A DNA stretch of 64,000 bases from Massalongia carnosa. Lineage: Eukaryota. The first letter of the stretch is position 1. The number at the start of each line of letters is the position of its first letter. The stretch is from the NCBI GenBank assembly GCA_965645245.1, contig OZ287075.1, positions 1,550,001-1,614,000 on the forward strand, in the 5' to 3' direction. A program made the position numbers and the translations under genes. Shown piece by piece: positions 1 to 11,237 of the stretch. The notes under the pieces were generated by a model, which saw only the letters and a program-made list of their open reading frames with translations, was not told where the DNA came from and ran no database searches.

Positions 1-80
1 GTAGTTATCATCACCTCCCTTCCCATATTTACCAAAATGAATAGAAACAAAAAGAAGCAAAAAGCGGGGAAGCACGGCAT

Positions 81-2012
81 TTACATGCCTTCATCCTCAT
101 TTTCGGTAACGCCGCTATTCCCTCGTCGCGCAGCCGGTTGAATAGGATCCCAATGCACTAGAAACCGTGGTTAGTTACAAAATGAATAGATACAGAGCTG
201 AGAAGGTGAGGCAACGGATATATACCGTTCGGTCGAATACCCCAGCTCAACAAGAACGCCACCCCGAACATGGAACCTAAGCAGATAAACACAATTTGCG
301 GATACGTCCCTACCGTTAAGCTGTAGATGAGATTGAACACGGTAGGCGCCACCACTCTGGCCAGCGCGTGCAACAGCCCCATGGCGCCAAGCATCTGCCC
401 CGTGCGATCCTGCGGCACATGTTTCGTCAGCGCGGCTGAGAGCGTTGGCGAGCCCATTCCGCCGATAGAGGCAACAACGCCGGAGAGGATGAAGAGGGGT
501 CTGGTGCGCACGCTCGCGAAGCCGATATAGCCGAGTAGATCAAACAAGACGGAGACGCGGATAAGAGAGATATCGAACATGGTAGATCCCGACTGTTGCT
601 GGCGGGAAGCCGTGGTGCTGCCGCGGGGAGCGCCACTGCGAAAGAGGCGGGAAATGAGAGGGAGGAGGAGTAGCAGAACGGCAACACGGCTTGTGTTGAC
701 AACGCTGACGAAGATGCTGGTTTCGAAAGTGCCCCACCCAAAAACAAATTCCGCGTAGATAAGCATGACGGTTATGGAGCCCATAGCGACACCGAACGTG
801 ATTGTGTCCACCGCCGCCAACAGAACCAGATTCCGGCGGACAGCTTGGGTGGAACCTTGACCCTTGGGATAGAGAATCATGAGGGGGGCGAAGACATTAG
901 AGCCTTTAAGAATGGAGAGCCAATTGCGTGGCCATGATTGTAGCATGGATACTTCGGCTTCTTCCATCTGAGCCTTTTTCTCCCGTGCAGCTAGTTGGCG
1001 CTCCTCAGTTAGAGATTCTGGTACAACCAGTATTATGAAAAGGAGATATACGCAATGACAGGCTAAGGAAAGGTAGAAAACCGTAAGGATCTTGCCGCTA
1101 ACTTTCACGATATAGCCAGCCATCAAAGGGCCAATGGCAATACCACCAAAGAGGCAACCATGAAGCCATCCGAATACCACGTTCCTTTCCACAGGAGGAG
1201 TACAATCGCTAGCGTAAGCGTATGTCAATGCCATTGAAGCCGTAAAGGAGCCACATAGACCTTCAAACACATAGCCAACAAACAGCCATTGCACGGAGAA
1301 CATCTCCGGCATGGTGGCAGCAATAATAGTGATAATCTCTCCGGCTAGCATGCCAGAGATACTAAATGCTATCAGTCTCTTTCGGCCATAGCGATCGGAA
1401 AGCGAGCCTATTTTAGGGCTGGTGATCGCAGAAAGGAGACCTGCTATAAGATTCCCGTAAAGGGTGAATTTTGCAACCAAAGATTGGACTTCTGGTATTT
1501 GGCATTGTGGATTGTCATTGCCAAGTATGACTGGCATGAAATGAAATCTCGGCTCCTTCATAGATTGGTCGGCAAAATATTCATGACAGATTAGGGAGAG
1601 GATCAAGTTAAGCCTGGGCACGACTATACCCCCGAACGCAAGAGTGTAAAGAAAGAAGGGAGGCAACATCCAATAGACCTAATATCCCATGAAATCAGTA
1701 TGATGAACAACGATAATTAAAGCTTCGGCTTACGGATGGGGTATTCCACCAAGGCCTCTCTTTGAAGTCATCTTCTCCTTGCCATTTAAATTCTCCTCCT
1801 TCAGCAGCGACACCAGAGCTGTCGGAACGACCATCGTCCGTCTCCTGGTCTTTCAACAATAACGGAGTATATTCATATTCTGAGGTCTTTGGGATCTCAA
1901 TCCCCCCGGAAGCTGCGGTGACTATGTCATGGCCCCGCTGTAGTTGTCGGGAACGCAGCTTCGAGCTCGCAACCATAGCGGCATCGCCTGCCAGCACTTG
2001 TTCGTTTTCCAT
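81..2012 (-). CDS. Major facilitator superfamily transporter (SLC46/TCR-like); 3 exons, introns 1679-1733 and 158-225
   Basis: Multiple hydrophobic helices and MFS motif A (GSLSDRYGRK). The 1695-2012 ORF joins the 158-1669 ORF through a GTAAGC...TAG intron (TPS|VYWMLPPF). A second intron gives the C-terminus VHWDPIQ...EGM*. Confidence 0.9.
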
Positions 2013-2575
2013 TTATGCGATGAAGTTGCAACAAGCGAGGAATCACAGGGGAAAAATGTTTTGCAAGGGACGGACGCCGAGGTAGATTCTTAGCTATATC
2101 ATCATCCTCCGTTGAACCGAATAACGAAATTGTTTGCGATAAAAATCATGCTCGATTCACATTGCATGATGAGAAGCGACATGGCGGTTATGAGGGCCAC
2201 GTAGGTCAATGTTGAAGCTGCTTACACCATCAGCACTGGAATGTGCGCGGGGGGGCTGTGAATCCCCCATGTTAGTTGGAAAGGGTGTATGGACATGGGA
2301 AGTCCAAGAGTGTATTTTATCGGACCTTTAAAGGCCGAGCTCCGAGTGACCGAAGTTCAAGGTTCAGTAGGCTAGGCCTTGATGGGTTAAAGCTATGTAT
2401 ACTTACTAAAGATAGATGTAGCCCTAGGATCAACTCGGTTTTGCGTTTTGGTGAACTTCCTTCTCTGGCTTCTACTAAATGCCTGAGAGGAAGAAGCGTT
2501 GATGATTCAATGAGGCCCGAATATTTCACTACGAGCACTTGTGCAGCCGTCTCGTCAAGATGATTTCGATTTTCA

Positions 2576-3662
2576 ATGGCTTCCTTCGTCCCTCGCACGG
2601 TTTTCGAGCTTGGCAACTCCATTCCACGGTCGTACTTCTTAGGCCACCACCAAGCAGGACTAACGAAGATGAAGACAATGCTCTCGTATATCGATCTAAT
2701 CATAGAATGTCGAGACTATCGGGTTCCGCTCACCTCTCGGAACCCTTTGTTCGAGGAAAATCTAGCCGGGAGGGAAAGGCTGATAGTCTACACAAAGCAG
2801 GACCTTGGTAGCGAGGGCAAGCAGTGGGATAAAAATGTACGTGGACGCTGCGATATACCCAACATCAGGTAAGCAAGCTAACGTCGGGTAGAGAGAATAC
2901 CTTATCAAACGATGGCAACGGCCCACGTATGTCCTCTTCTCCGACCACAAAGATAAAAGATCGGTCGGCGAAGTTCTCGACTTCGCTCGAGAGCATGCGA
3001 TCGCTAAAGATTCTCTCACGGGTTCCCGCATGATGGTTGTCGGCATGCCTAACGTCGGAAAATCCTCGCTTCTTAACGCTCTTCGCCAGCTCAGTCTGCA
3101 CAAGAAAAAAGCCGCCTCAACCGGAGCCCAGCCAGGCGTGACACGGAAGATTGGGACTACGGTAAAGATTATTGAAGGAACCGAGAAGGCTGAGGGTGTC
3201 TATCTGGTAGATACACCAGGAGTGTTTGTACCATACGTGCCGAATGCAGAGTCGATGCTGAAGCTGGCCCTATGCGGGAGTGTCAAAGATACTATAATTC
3301 CTCCGACTACTTTGGCGGACTATTTGCTCTATCACTTGAATCTGTACAATCCCGCCGTCTATGCAGAGTACACCCCCCCCACAAACCAAATCACGGAGTT
3401 CCTCGACGCATTAGCTCGCAAGACGGGGAGGTTGCAAAAAGGCGGAACGCCTGACGTCGAGGCCGCTGCCCTTTGGATGATCCAACGGTGGAGGAACGGG
3501 CACCTCGGGAGATTTTTGTTGGACGAAGTTACCGTGCAGAAGTTAGATGCCGATCGCCGAGACACGGAAAATATGGGCGGAAGCTTGAGCCAGGCACGGC
3601 GCGTAGACAAGGCGATGCGAAGTCAGAGGGCGAAGCAACGGTACCTTGAATCTATAGCATGA
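2576..3662 (+). CDS. MTG1: Mitochondrial ribosome-assembly GTPase (circularly permuted YlqF/RbgA family); intron 2837-2891
   Basis: N-terminal GHHQAGL...DLIIECRDYRVPLTSRNP, G4 TKQD, G1 GMPNVGKS and G3 DTPG. The intron reads GTACGT...GCTAAC...TAG. Confidence 0.93.
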
Positions 3663-3705
3663 TTCTAGAGGAAGAAATACGTTGATATGGCTCACTTCGT
3701 CGTCC

Positions 3706-5388
3706 TTAGCCAAGCCTAACCTTCTTCCAACTGAGTATACATTCTTGCATATCCGCCGCCACCGAGCTTTCCTCCTTGGAGCACACATCTCGCAACAAAC
3801 CCATTACACAAGCTGCGTAACAGAACCCTGTCTTATCTTTTTTGAATATGGCAAAATCTTCCGCGTTCATACCGCCTCGGTCGCTCCATTCGCGCCACCT
3901 CTCTAAGACACCACACACCCCCATCGCCCTTCCTTCGCCCTTGATCATTCCAACCAGAAGTCCCTCAACAGCCTCCTGCATTCCAGAACCTTTCTTTAAC
4001 ACTTCTTCTCCAACAAGCCACCTAGCCCCAGCGTCTGCCGCAACCCTTGCCTCCAACCGCCCTGACGCAAAAGCCTCCCGCTCGCGTCTTTCCTCTCGTT
4101 CCCGCTGCCGCGCTAATCGTGCTCGAAACTCCTCTCCCATTCGGTGCATCTCTTCCCGCTCTCGCGCTATCCTCGCGACACGCGCTTGCTCACCACCCAT
4201 CATTCTTTCCGCGGCTACCGCGCGCTGTTTTGCGAGGAAGCTATTGTGATGCTGATGGACCTCCTCTAAAGGATCATATTTTGTTGCCCAATCCGGTGCT
4301 TCATCTTCGGAAAGGAGGCCGAGAAGCACAAGTACGCCGCAGGGGATGGTATCTTTGGTTGCAAGCGCGTGAATGGAGGGGGGAAGGGTGTACGTGTAAA
4401 GCGGGAGGGATTTAGAGAGGCCAAGAGCGAGAGCGATGATGGGAAACCAAATCGACGCGGGCGCGGAGCGAAGGTGTGTCAGTGAGGGTGAAGATGGCAG
4501 AGGCGCATGGAATGCTTCCCACGTGGCTGTAGAGATGGTGAGAGCATCGGAGGGAAGAAAGCCAAGGCGGAATCGGAGGGAGGTGGCCGTAGGGAGATAG
4601 GAGGGGTTGCTCACTTGTTCCCCTGTGCCGATGGAAGTTCTTTTCACAGAACCCTTCTCGCCTTCGACATCTCCTTGCTCCGTAGGCTCTCCTTCCACCA
4701 GCGTCGCATCAATCAGCGACTCCTGTCTCTTCCCAATCACAGCAGCAATGGGCTCCGGAATCTCGAGTCGCATCCACGAGGGTGGCAAACAAGTTGGGTC
4801 GCGATTGTCCCATTCCTTCTCCCAATGCAGCGCAAGCGACAAGATTCCGTCGGAATCGTTTGGCGCCGAAACCCTCAAAACGCTATGTCCAGCATCCGGC
4901 GACAGCAGCAAACTAGTACCCGTCGGCGTCCACAACCCCGAAACACGCAACATATGCAATCCCTTGACATCCGGCACCGCGCCTCGATCCAGCAAAAACC
5001 CCACTAGCTCCCCGAACCTGATTTCCGCCTGCGGTACTTGCAAATCATCGCTATATTGCAATCGATACAGGCGCGTCCCCGTAGCCAGCGCGTTCCAGTT
5101 CATTACCGTCCACGACCCCCCCCGCAGGCTTGACGGGTGCAGGTTGAGCCCCCAGTACCCCGGGTCACCGCGCTCCAGAGGGACAATGCTGAAGCGCGGC
5201 AGGGATACTTCCACCACGCCGGACATGAGGCTACCGCGTGTGGTATCTTCGAGCCCGTTTTGGCGGAGACGCCGCGTGATATTGCGCACGGTGAAATAGG
5301 AGTTTAGGAAGGTGTAGAGGATTGGCAGGACACCGATCACGGCCAGGGGCACGCCTATGTAGGTGATTATGTCGGTGGCCGTGGCCAT
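3706..5388 (-). CDS. Conserved fungal hypothetical protein, 560 aa, N-terminal TM helix and C-terminal charged coiled coil
   Basis: Long single-exon ORF with a hydrophobic N-terminus (IITYIGVPLAVIGVLPILY) and an E/R-rich helix. Confidence 0.8.
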   Translation of the reverse strand: MATATDIITYIGVPLAVIGVLPILYTFLNSYFTVRNITRRLRQNGLEDTTRGSLMSGVVEVSLPRFSIVPLERGDPGYWGLNLHPSSLRGGSWTVMNWNALATGTRLYRLQYSDDLQVPQAEIRFGELVGFLLDRGAVPDVKGLHMLRVSGLWTPTGTSLLLSPDAGHSVLRVSAPNDSDGILSLALHWEKEWDNRDPTCLPPSWMRLEIPEPIAAVIGKRQESLIDATLVEGEPTEQGDVEGEKGSVKRTSIGTGEQVSNPSYLPTATSLRFRLGFLPSDALTISTATWEAFHAPLPSSPSLTHLRSAPASIWFPIIALALGLSKSLPLYTYTLPPSIHALATKDTIPCGVLVLLGLLSEDEAPDWATKYDPLEEVHQHHNSFLAKQRAVAAERMMGGEQARVARIAREREEMHRMGEEFRARLARQREREERREREAFASGRLEARVAADAGARWLVGEEVLKKGSGMQEAVEGLLVGMIKGEGRAMGVCGVLERWREWSDRGGMNAEDFAIFKKDKTGFCYAACVMGLLRDVCSKEESSVAADMQECILSWKKVRLG

Positions 5389-6408
5389 TTCGTCACGGTT
5401 GCGGTTTTAGCTGAGGTGCGATTTGCCGCGGTCAGCGTGGGTGAGACGATCCAGAGCGCCTCCAATCCAATGCTTGAGGCTCATGAAGGAGGCAGAAGAT
5501 GGAAAAGAATGGAGCGAGGCTGAGTTTTTTGTCCTGAACCGTTTTTTCAGTCACCTGATTCTTGATTCGAACAAATAAACAAAAAGGCGTCGTTGGTGAT
5601 GAACTTGTCAAAGGCCGCCCTGGTGAAGGGGGCGCAGCGAGGTTGGGTTCTTAGAAGGAATGGATCTACGTAGTTAATTAATCCCCTGTGCCCCTGAATC
5701 CTCCCCCTGCGCCGGATGCTCCCGCCGCTAACTAACTAATGCGGTATAGAGTAGAGTAGCTACTTATATATCCCTTGCCGTGCGCGGGCTTTGCTACCCG
5801 GTTGTAACCACATGGTTCTTCAGGGTGCGTCTCTCGCGCAAGCTTGAGGTCTACTGATGGAGAATGGGAAAGGTAGATACGGGGAGAGAGAGGAGGTTGT
5901 GTATCTAGGTAGGTAGGTAGCGTTGATTTTTGGTTCAGGGATTAACAAGTTGATCTATGCGAGGTTGATTGAATCACACGCAGGGTCAATCAATGTATGT
6001 CTAAGAAAAGACTCAAGATGTGGTTTCCACAAGTACCTTTCTTCGATATCGATATCACAGATGTCACAGAAAAGGTGCTTGTTGAGCTTGTTTGTTTGTG
6101 TATATGTAAAAAAAATTGCACTCCGCAAACATTCACTCCCACCATTCCTGTCGTCGGAAGAACTGCTATCTCGTGTGTGTATGTATGTTTCCTTGGATGA
6201 ATGAATCATCTTCAATCCCAGCGTGCCAAAACAATCCACAGGACCTCTAATATATAATTCCTCCCATATCATCCAGTCCTGAAGGGGAAAACCACCCTTT
6301 AAAATATTTTTGAAAAAGGTCCCGAACGCCTGTCGCTTTGCCGGGTATCATCCAGAAGCCGAGTTTGTGAGTTCATAAGTCGTAAGTGCCGCAATCCATG
6401 ATTTCCCC

Positions 6409-7692
6409 TCATGGTATTAGAGGCGTTTGGTCCCTGTCATGTTCATCCCACTCATCGTGCCCCTTGACCACGGTCTTCTCCGATGGCACAGGCAGGAGAG
6501 GCTGCAGATCCAGCCCACAGATCTCCATACGCCGCTGTCTGAACATCTCATACACAGTTTCCCACGCTTTCCGCTGTTGCGGCTTTTTCGGCTTTGCGCG
6601 TGAAACTTGCTGGCGGGCAGCGTTAAATTCCGGTCCTGGAATCCCCCGATCTGTGATTTGCACGTACGATATTGACTCGAGGAAGTCCGTCGCATTGAAG
6701 GTGTCGTTTTCGAGATGGATGGCGGATGTTTTCGCCACGAGGCGGGGCTGATCCCCTGCGCCCGGCGCGAGGGGGATTTGCTGCAGGAAATCGTCGTCTG
6801 TGAAGGTTCCTGCAGACATTGATGACAAGGCATCGTGGTAAATCTTCATTGAGGGTTCGAGGAGAAGGATCGATGGAAGCGCATCTTCGTGCGAACTTCC
6901 GGAAATGCCTAGGACGGGGGACCCCATTGGGAGGGTGAATAGCAGGTCAAGCTTCGCGGAGTCGAGTATCAAGCCCGATGGTTTAATATATACCAATCGG
7001 CTAAAGATTGTAAGTGAGAGTAAACCTACTAACGGGTAGGCTGCTTCGTCTATTTCTCCAGCGTCAGTCCAGGGTAAATCAGACATATCTCTCCATGCTG
7101 ACACACCTTCGGATGATTCTTGTATTCGGCTGACGGGTTGTAGCTCAACTTTGTACCTCTTCGCGGCATTTCTCAAAAGCCTCAGACTTGTCTCAACATG
7201 TAAATCCGGATGCCCTCGACTTGGCTGCTTAAAGTGCCATTCCTTCGGGTACAGCATAATTCGTTGTGCCATGCTCTCCTGCCGTTCAAGCTCCGCAAAC
7301 AACATGACAGCATTGCAAATATGCACATGTTTTCTCACCAGCTGAACATAGGCGGCTTTTGCCCATCCGCCCTTAGGTCTGTTGCTCACCAGGAATCTGT
7401 CGTAGAACGAGTGCCCTCTGGGAGAGCCGAAGTGCTTCGCTATCACTCTGCTTCGATCCGAGTTATTGATTGGAGGAGGATGTGGTGATGGAGGAGGCCT
7501 GATAGCTTCCTGTATGCTTCTAACTGTTTGTTGCTGCAGAACGTAACCGGATAGAAATAATAACGTAGTAAATATGAAAACTTCATACAATGAGTCAGAA
7601 CAAAAACAGGAGCATTGGACGGCGGGAAACTTACATATACACGAGGATATTCCCATGGAAATTTGCCCACTTGTTAGAAGCATTGTGGGCAA
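6409..7692 (-). CDS. Type II membrane glycosyltransferase family 8-like (Gnt1-like) protein; probable in-frame introns 7581-7634 and 7050-7106
   Basis: N-terminal TM anchor and a Pro-rich stem, then AAYVQLV...HICNAVMLFAEL...RIMLYP, which resembles the Gnt1/GT8 N-terminal block. GTAAGT and GTGTGT donors with CTGAC branch points. Confidence 0.7.
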   Translation of the reverse strand: MPTMLLTSGQISMGISSCICKFPAVQCSCFCSDSLYEVFIFTTLLFLSGYVLQQQTVRSIQEAIRPPPSPHPPPINNSDRSRVIAKHFGSPRGHSFYDRFLVSNRPKGGWAKAAYVQLVRKHVHICNAVMLFAELERQESMAQRIMLYPKEWHFKQPSRGHPDLHVETSLRLLRNAAKRYKVELQPVSRIQESSEGVSAWRDMSDLPWTDAGEIDEAAYPLVGLLSLTIFSRLVYIKPSGLILDSAKLDLLFTLPMGSPVLGISGSSHEDALPSILLLEPSMKIYHDALSSMSAGTFTDDDFLQQIPLAPGAGDQPRLVAKTSAIHLENDTFNATDFLESISYVQITDRGIPGPEFNAARQQVSRAKPKKPQQRKAWETVYEMFRQRRMEICGLDLQPLLPVPSEKTVVKGHDEWDEHDRDQTPLIP

Positions 7693-7907
7693 TGAAGGCG
7701 ACTAACATGCAAGCTCGTGAATCTTACAGCTTGGGCACTTTGTATTCGACCAATATTGATTTTCTAGTTGGCGGGGCAACAGTTTGAGTTACGTCATTTT
7801 ACGGATACCCTAGCTCAGCTATGTGGCTTACAGTTTTATATACCTTCCCTACAAGTTGTCTCAGCTAAAGTCTTACCAGACCCCAACTCCCACAACCGAA
7901 TCACGCG

Positions 7908-8615
7908 ATGGCCCACCAAGCAGACGCAAAACGCATGCTTGACGAGCGTGGGTATGAAGGTGCCGTAATCCATAACCAAAACCCAGCTCACCTCCTCGAA
8001 AAAGCTGTCCGTGACCGTATCACCGACTCCTATTACTGGAAAGAACAGTGCTTCGCCATCAATGAGGCCACACTCTGTGATCGCGCGGCCGCCGTGACCT
8101 TTATTGGCGGCACTTACGGCCAGCAGAAACCCACGCCCTTCATCTGCCTTAGTCTGAAATTACTTCAACTAATGCCTGAGCGCGAGGTCATTCTATTATA
8201 CTTGAAGCAGCCAGAATTCAAATACTTATCTGCCCTCGCGGCGTTCTATGTAAGGCTTACGTTTGATTCGAAGGATGTTTACTTGACGCTGGAGCCGCTG
8301 TTGGCAGATTATCGGAAGTTGAGGCGCAGGACCAAGAATGGATATGCACTCACTTATATGGATCAGTTCATCGATGATCTTCTTACCAAGGATCGCGTAT
8401 GCGCCACTTCCTTGCGTAAGTTGCCACAGCGGTCGGTATTGGAGGACCTAGGCCAGTTAGAGGCAAGGGAGAGCCCGCTGGGCGATGAGTTAGATGGAAT
8501 TGATGACGATGATGAAGACGATGTGTCTGGGCGGTCTGATGGGGCTAGCCAGTCGATTGATATTCCGAACGGGAATGGACTCAACCATGATAGAAGCATG
8601 TCTCCGGAGGACTGA
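7908..8615 (+). CDS. PRP38: Pre-mRNA splicing factor Prp38
   Basis: NPAHLLEKAVRDRITDSYYWKEQCF, FKYLSALAAFYVRL, LEPLLADYRKLR and YMDQFIDDLL are typical Prp38 blocks. Acidic tail. Confidence 0.95.
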   Translation: MAHQADAKRMLDERGYEGAVIHNQNPAHLLEKAVRDRITDSYYWKEQCFAINEATLCDRAAAVTFIGGTYGQQKPTPFICLSLKLLQLMPEREVILLYLKQPEFKYLSALAAFYVRLTFDSKDVYLTLEPLLADYRKLRRRTKNGYALTYMDQFIDDLLTKDRVCATSLRKLPQRSVLEDLGQLEARESPLGDELDGIDDDDEDDVSGRSDGASQSIDIPNGNGLNHDRSMSPED

Positions 8616-9757
8616 TATTATGGCATGATGATAGCAGTTCAATTGGTGCGGCATCTTGGTTTAAGTATTGCAGCGCAAATTATGGGACAATGTCTGTTAA
8701 AGCAGTCTGGGCTAGAATGGCTCTGTACCACCGTATAAGAGCGAGGATGAAAAGGCACGCTATATTGCATTGAGTTATGTGTGGAGAAAGGGGCAAACAA
8801 CCATGCATGACCACCAAGACTATGCTGGGGTTCAAAAAGGGGCATCAGCATTGACAAACTCTTAAAGAGCATTGAGAATGCGAGTCGTTGTACAAAGGAG
8901 CTATTTCGCCTAGCTACGGTCAAGGTTCTCCGGCTGGAGTCAAGATGAGGGTTTACGCTAACTACGCCTGTTTTCTCTCGTCGTAACAGCATCCACTCAT
9001 CGGTTACAGTCTACAAGAGCAAAGGGCTCCTATAGCGTGAGACAATCTAGTCCATCCAGATGGTGGTCTTACGAATCCTGGTCCTGCCCTTTCCAAATCC
9101 AAGATAACAAATATCCAAGAGCTTTAGTTCTCTAGACTGGGCGGATGGATTGGAGATGGCCAGTAAAACACCTGCCATGTATCTTGTGGGCTTGTGTTAA
9201 TGTTGGTAGTTGATCAAAGATCAGGATGTCTTCCATTGAACCGTATTTTATCAGATGGCACTGGTTATTCGGTCAGAAAGCCAGATGCTGTAAAGGTGCA
9301 GACAGAGGGATTTTGATATCATCGGCCGGGAAACGAGATATGACATTATTGAAAGTCGGTTAGACATGGCAGCAGCAATGAAGAATATAGACCATCCTGA
9401 TTGTATGAATAAAGAAGTATTCATACTTCGGAATAGCTTGGCAGCATATTGAGAGCGAATTGGAAAATCGAGGCTATAACTCATCTCGCCTTAGATTGCA
9501 CAGTCTTTAAGGTATTCCGCCGTGCATTTAAAACATCTAAATATTGAAGTGGAAATCAGAAAAACTTTGTGAGTTTGGAGGACAGATCATGTGACGTGAT
9601 CATGGTTGACGCACGGACCTATCTCTTACAGTGCAGCTTTTCCTACATCGTCGTCAATTAACTGTTTCCCATCTAACTCATCGCTTTAATAGCAACTCCA
9701 TACTTTTACAAAAGAGATCGAGTTCTCCCCCATCAACTCCTTTCCCAACTCGCAAAA

Positions 9758-10786
9758 ATGGTACGCCTCTTCTCCCCCCCCTTCCCCACCCCCTCTCCGC
9801 AAAAGCTAACCCCCCCCTCCAAGGCTCGCAACTCGGAAAAAGCGCAGTCGATGCTCTTCCGCTTCCGCGCACAGCAAGCGGCCTCCCTCGGCATCCTAGA
9901 CATCTCGCGCGCGCGCCGGCCCAAAGCCATCACGTCGCTAACCTCGATCCCCGTGTGCGAGAAATGGCGCGGCCAGGTGCTCAAGGAGATCTCGCGCAAG
10001 GTGTCCAAGATCCAGGAGCCGAGCCTGAGCGATTTCCAGATCCGCGACCTCAACGACGAGATCAACAAGTTGATGCGCGAGAAGCATATGTGGGAGGCGC
10101 AGATCCGGGGGTTGGGCGGGCCGAATTACATGCGAGGCGGGGGGAGGGTGGTGGATGAGGAGGGGAGGGAGATTGAGGGGGCGGGAGGGGCGGGGTATCG
10201 GTTCGTTGTTTTCTTCTTGGTTTTTTTCTTATCCAATCCTCATCTTCCCCCTGTAGCCCCTTTGCGATTTCTCTCATCAACCAACTCCCCCAAAAAAACC
10301 ATCAACCAAATCCACACATTCCTAACCCCTTCCCCCAAACCCCCCAGGTATTTCGGCCGCGCCCGCACCCTCCCAGGCGTCGCCGAGCTATTCGCCCCCA
10401 AGAAACGGGCCACCTCTCCCTCCGCAACCGCGACCGCAACGCGAGCCACCCTGCGCAAAACCGTCGACGCGGCCTACTACGGCTACAATCTCGACGAGGA
10501 AGACGGCTCGCTGTTGGCATACGAGAGGGCGAAGGAGGAGGAGGCGTTGAGGGGCTTGCTGAAGGAGGGGGAGGAGGAGGAGGAGGAGGAAGAAGAAATG
10601 GGTGGTGGTGGTGGTGGTGAAGGAAAGGGAGAAAAGAAGAAGAAGAAGAAGAAGAAGAATGAGGGTTGGGAACCGCTGCCCGGAGACGTGGGCGCCGGGG
10701 CTGGGTGGCGCGTGCCGACGGTGGCGGAGGTGGGGGAGGAGTTGGTGGAGAGGAGGAAGAGGAGGTTGCTGGATACTTTGGGATGA
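9758..10786 (+). CDS. ISY1: NineTeen complex splicing factor Isy1; introns 9761-9823 (immediately after ATG) and 10201-10347
   Basis: The spliced product begins MARNSEKAQSMLFRF and contains QIRDLNDEINKLMREK and GYRYFGRA. Confidence 0.95.
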   Translation: MVRLFSPPFPTPSPQKLTPPSKARNSEKAQSMLFRFRAQQAASLGILDISRARRPKAITSLTSIPVCEKWRGQVLKEISRKVSKIQEPSLSDFQIRDLNDEINKLMREKHMWEAQIRGLGGPNYMRGGGRVVDEEGREIEGAGGAGYRFVVFFLVFFLSNPHLPPVAPLRFLSSTNSPKKTINQIHTFLTPSPKPPRYFGRARTLPGVAELFAPKKRATSPSATATATRATLRKTVDAAYYGYNLDEEDGSLLAYERAKEEEALRGLLKEGEEEEEEEEEMGGGGGGEGKGEKKKKKKKKNEGWEPLPGDVGAGAGWRVPTVAEVGEELVERRKRRLLDTLG

Positions 10787-11237
10787 GCTTTGGAGGTCGG
10801 CAGGTAGGTAGGTAGGTAGGTATTTTCGAGATTTTCGCAGCTCTTATTCGGCGAAGATCGGATCGGTTGTTTTGGTTCATGGAACTACTTAACTTCCTGC
10901 TTACCTACCTACTTACTCTGTACTTACCCTTCTTTCCCCCCATTTGGCTAACTGGAAAGGGGTTTTTAAGTGGCTGCATCAGGCGGCGTTGAGGTAAAGT
11001 ATATAACTATAGGAAGGAGCTGGGTAGGTAGGTAGGTAGGTAGGTAATCCGAAGAGAACTGAATGACTGATTGATTGATTGATTGATTCGTCTTTCTTGC
11101 AAGCAGCAGATTGATCGATTGATCAATCACTCATGAACCGGCCAATCTCTCCATTCACCATCAATATCTCCCCAAGCAACAGATAGCTTGAACCCTACGA
11201 TAAATCCTAACTATATTGCAACGCCCTACCTTCCCGT

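Noticed and set aside
3842..5299. Long antisense or alternate-frame ORFs over GC-rich genes (also over VMS1, CWC24, apsA, the kinase and LAM)
   Set aside because: These are shadow ORFs explained by codon bias of the real gene on the other strand.
5562..5575. GTTCGAATC (tRNA B-box-like) on the minus strand
   Set aside because: No cloverleaf or A-box at suitable spacing could be built.
9245..9495. Plus-strand stop-interrupted peptide with DHPD, reminiscent of TPR/kinesin-light-chain repeats
   Set aside because: Too short and degenerate to support a pseudogene call.
10201..10347. ISY1 intron 2 as a possible stwintron or snoRNA host (also the 236-nt and 389-nt introns)
   Set aside because: No nested donor reconstitution and no convincing C/D or H/ACA boxes were found.
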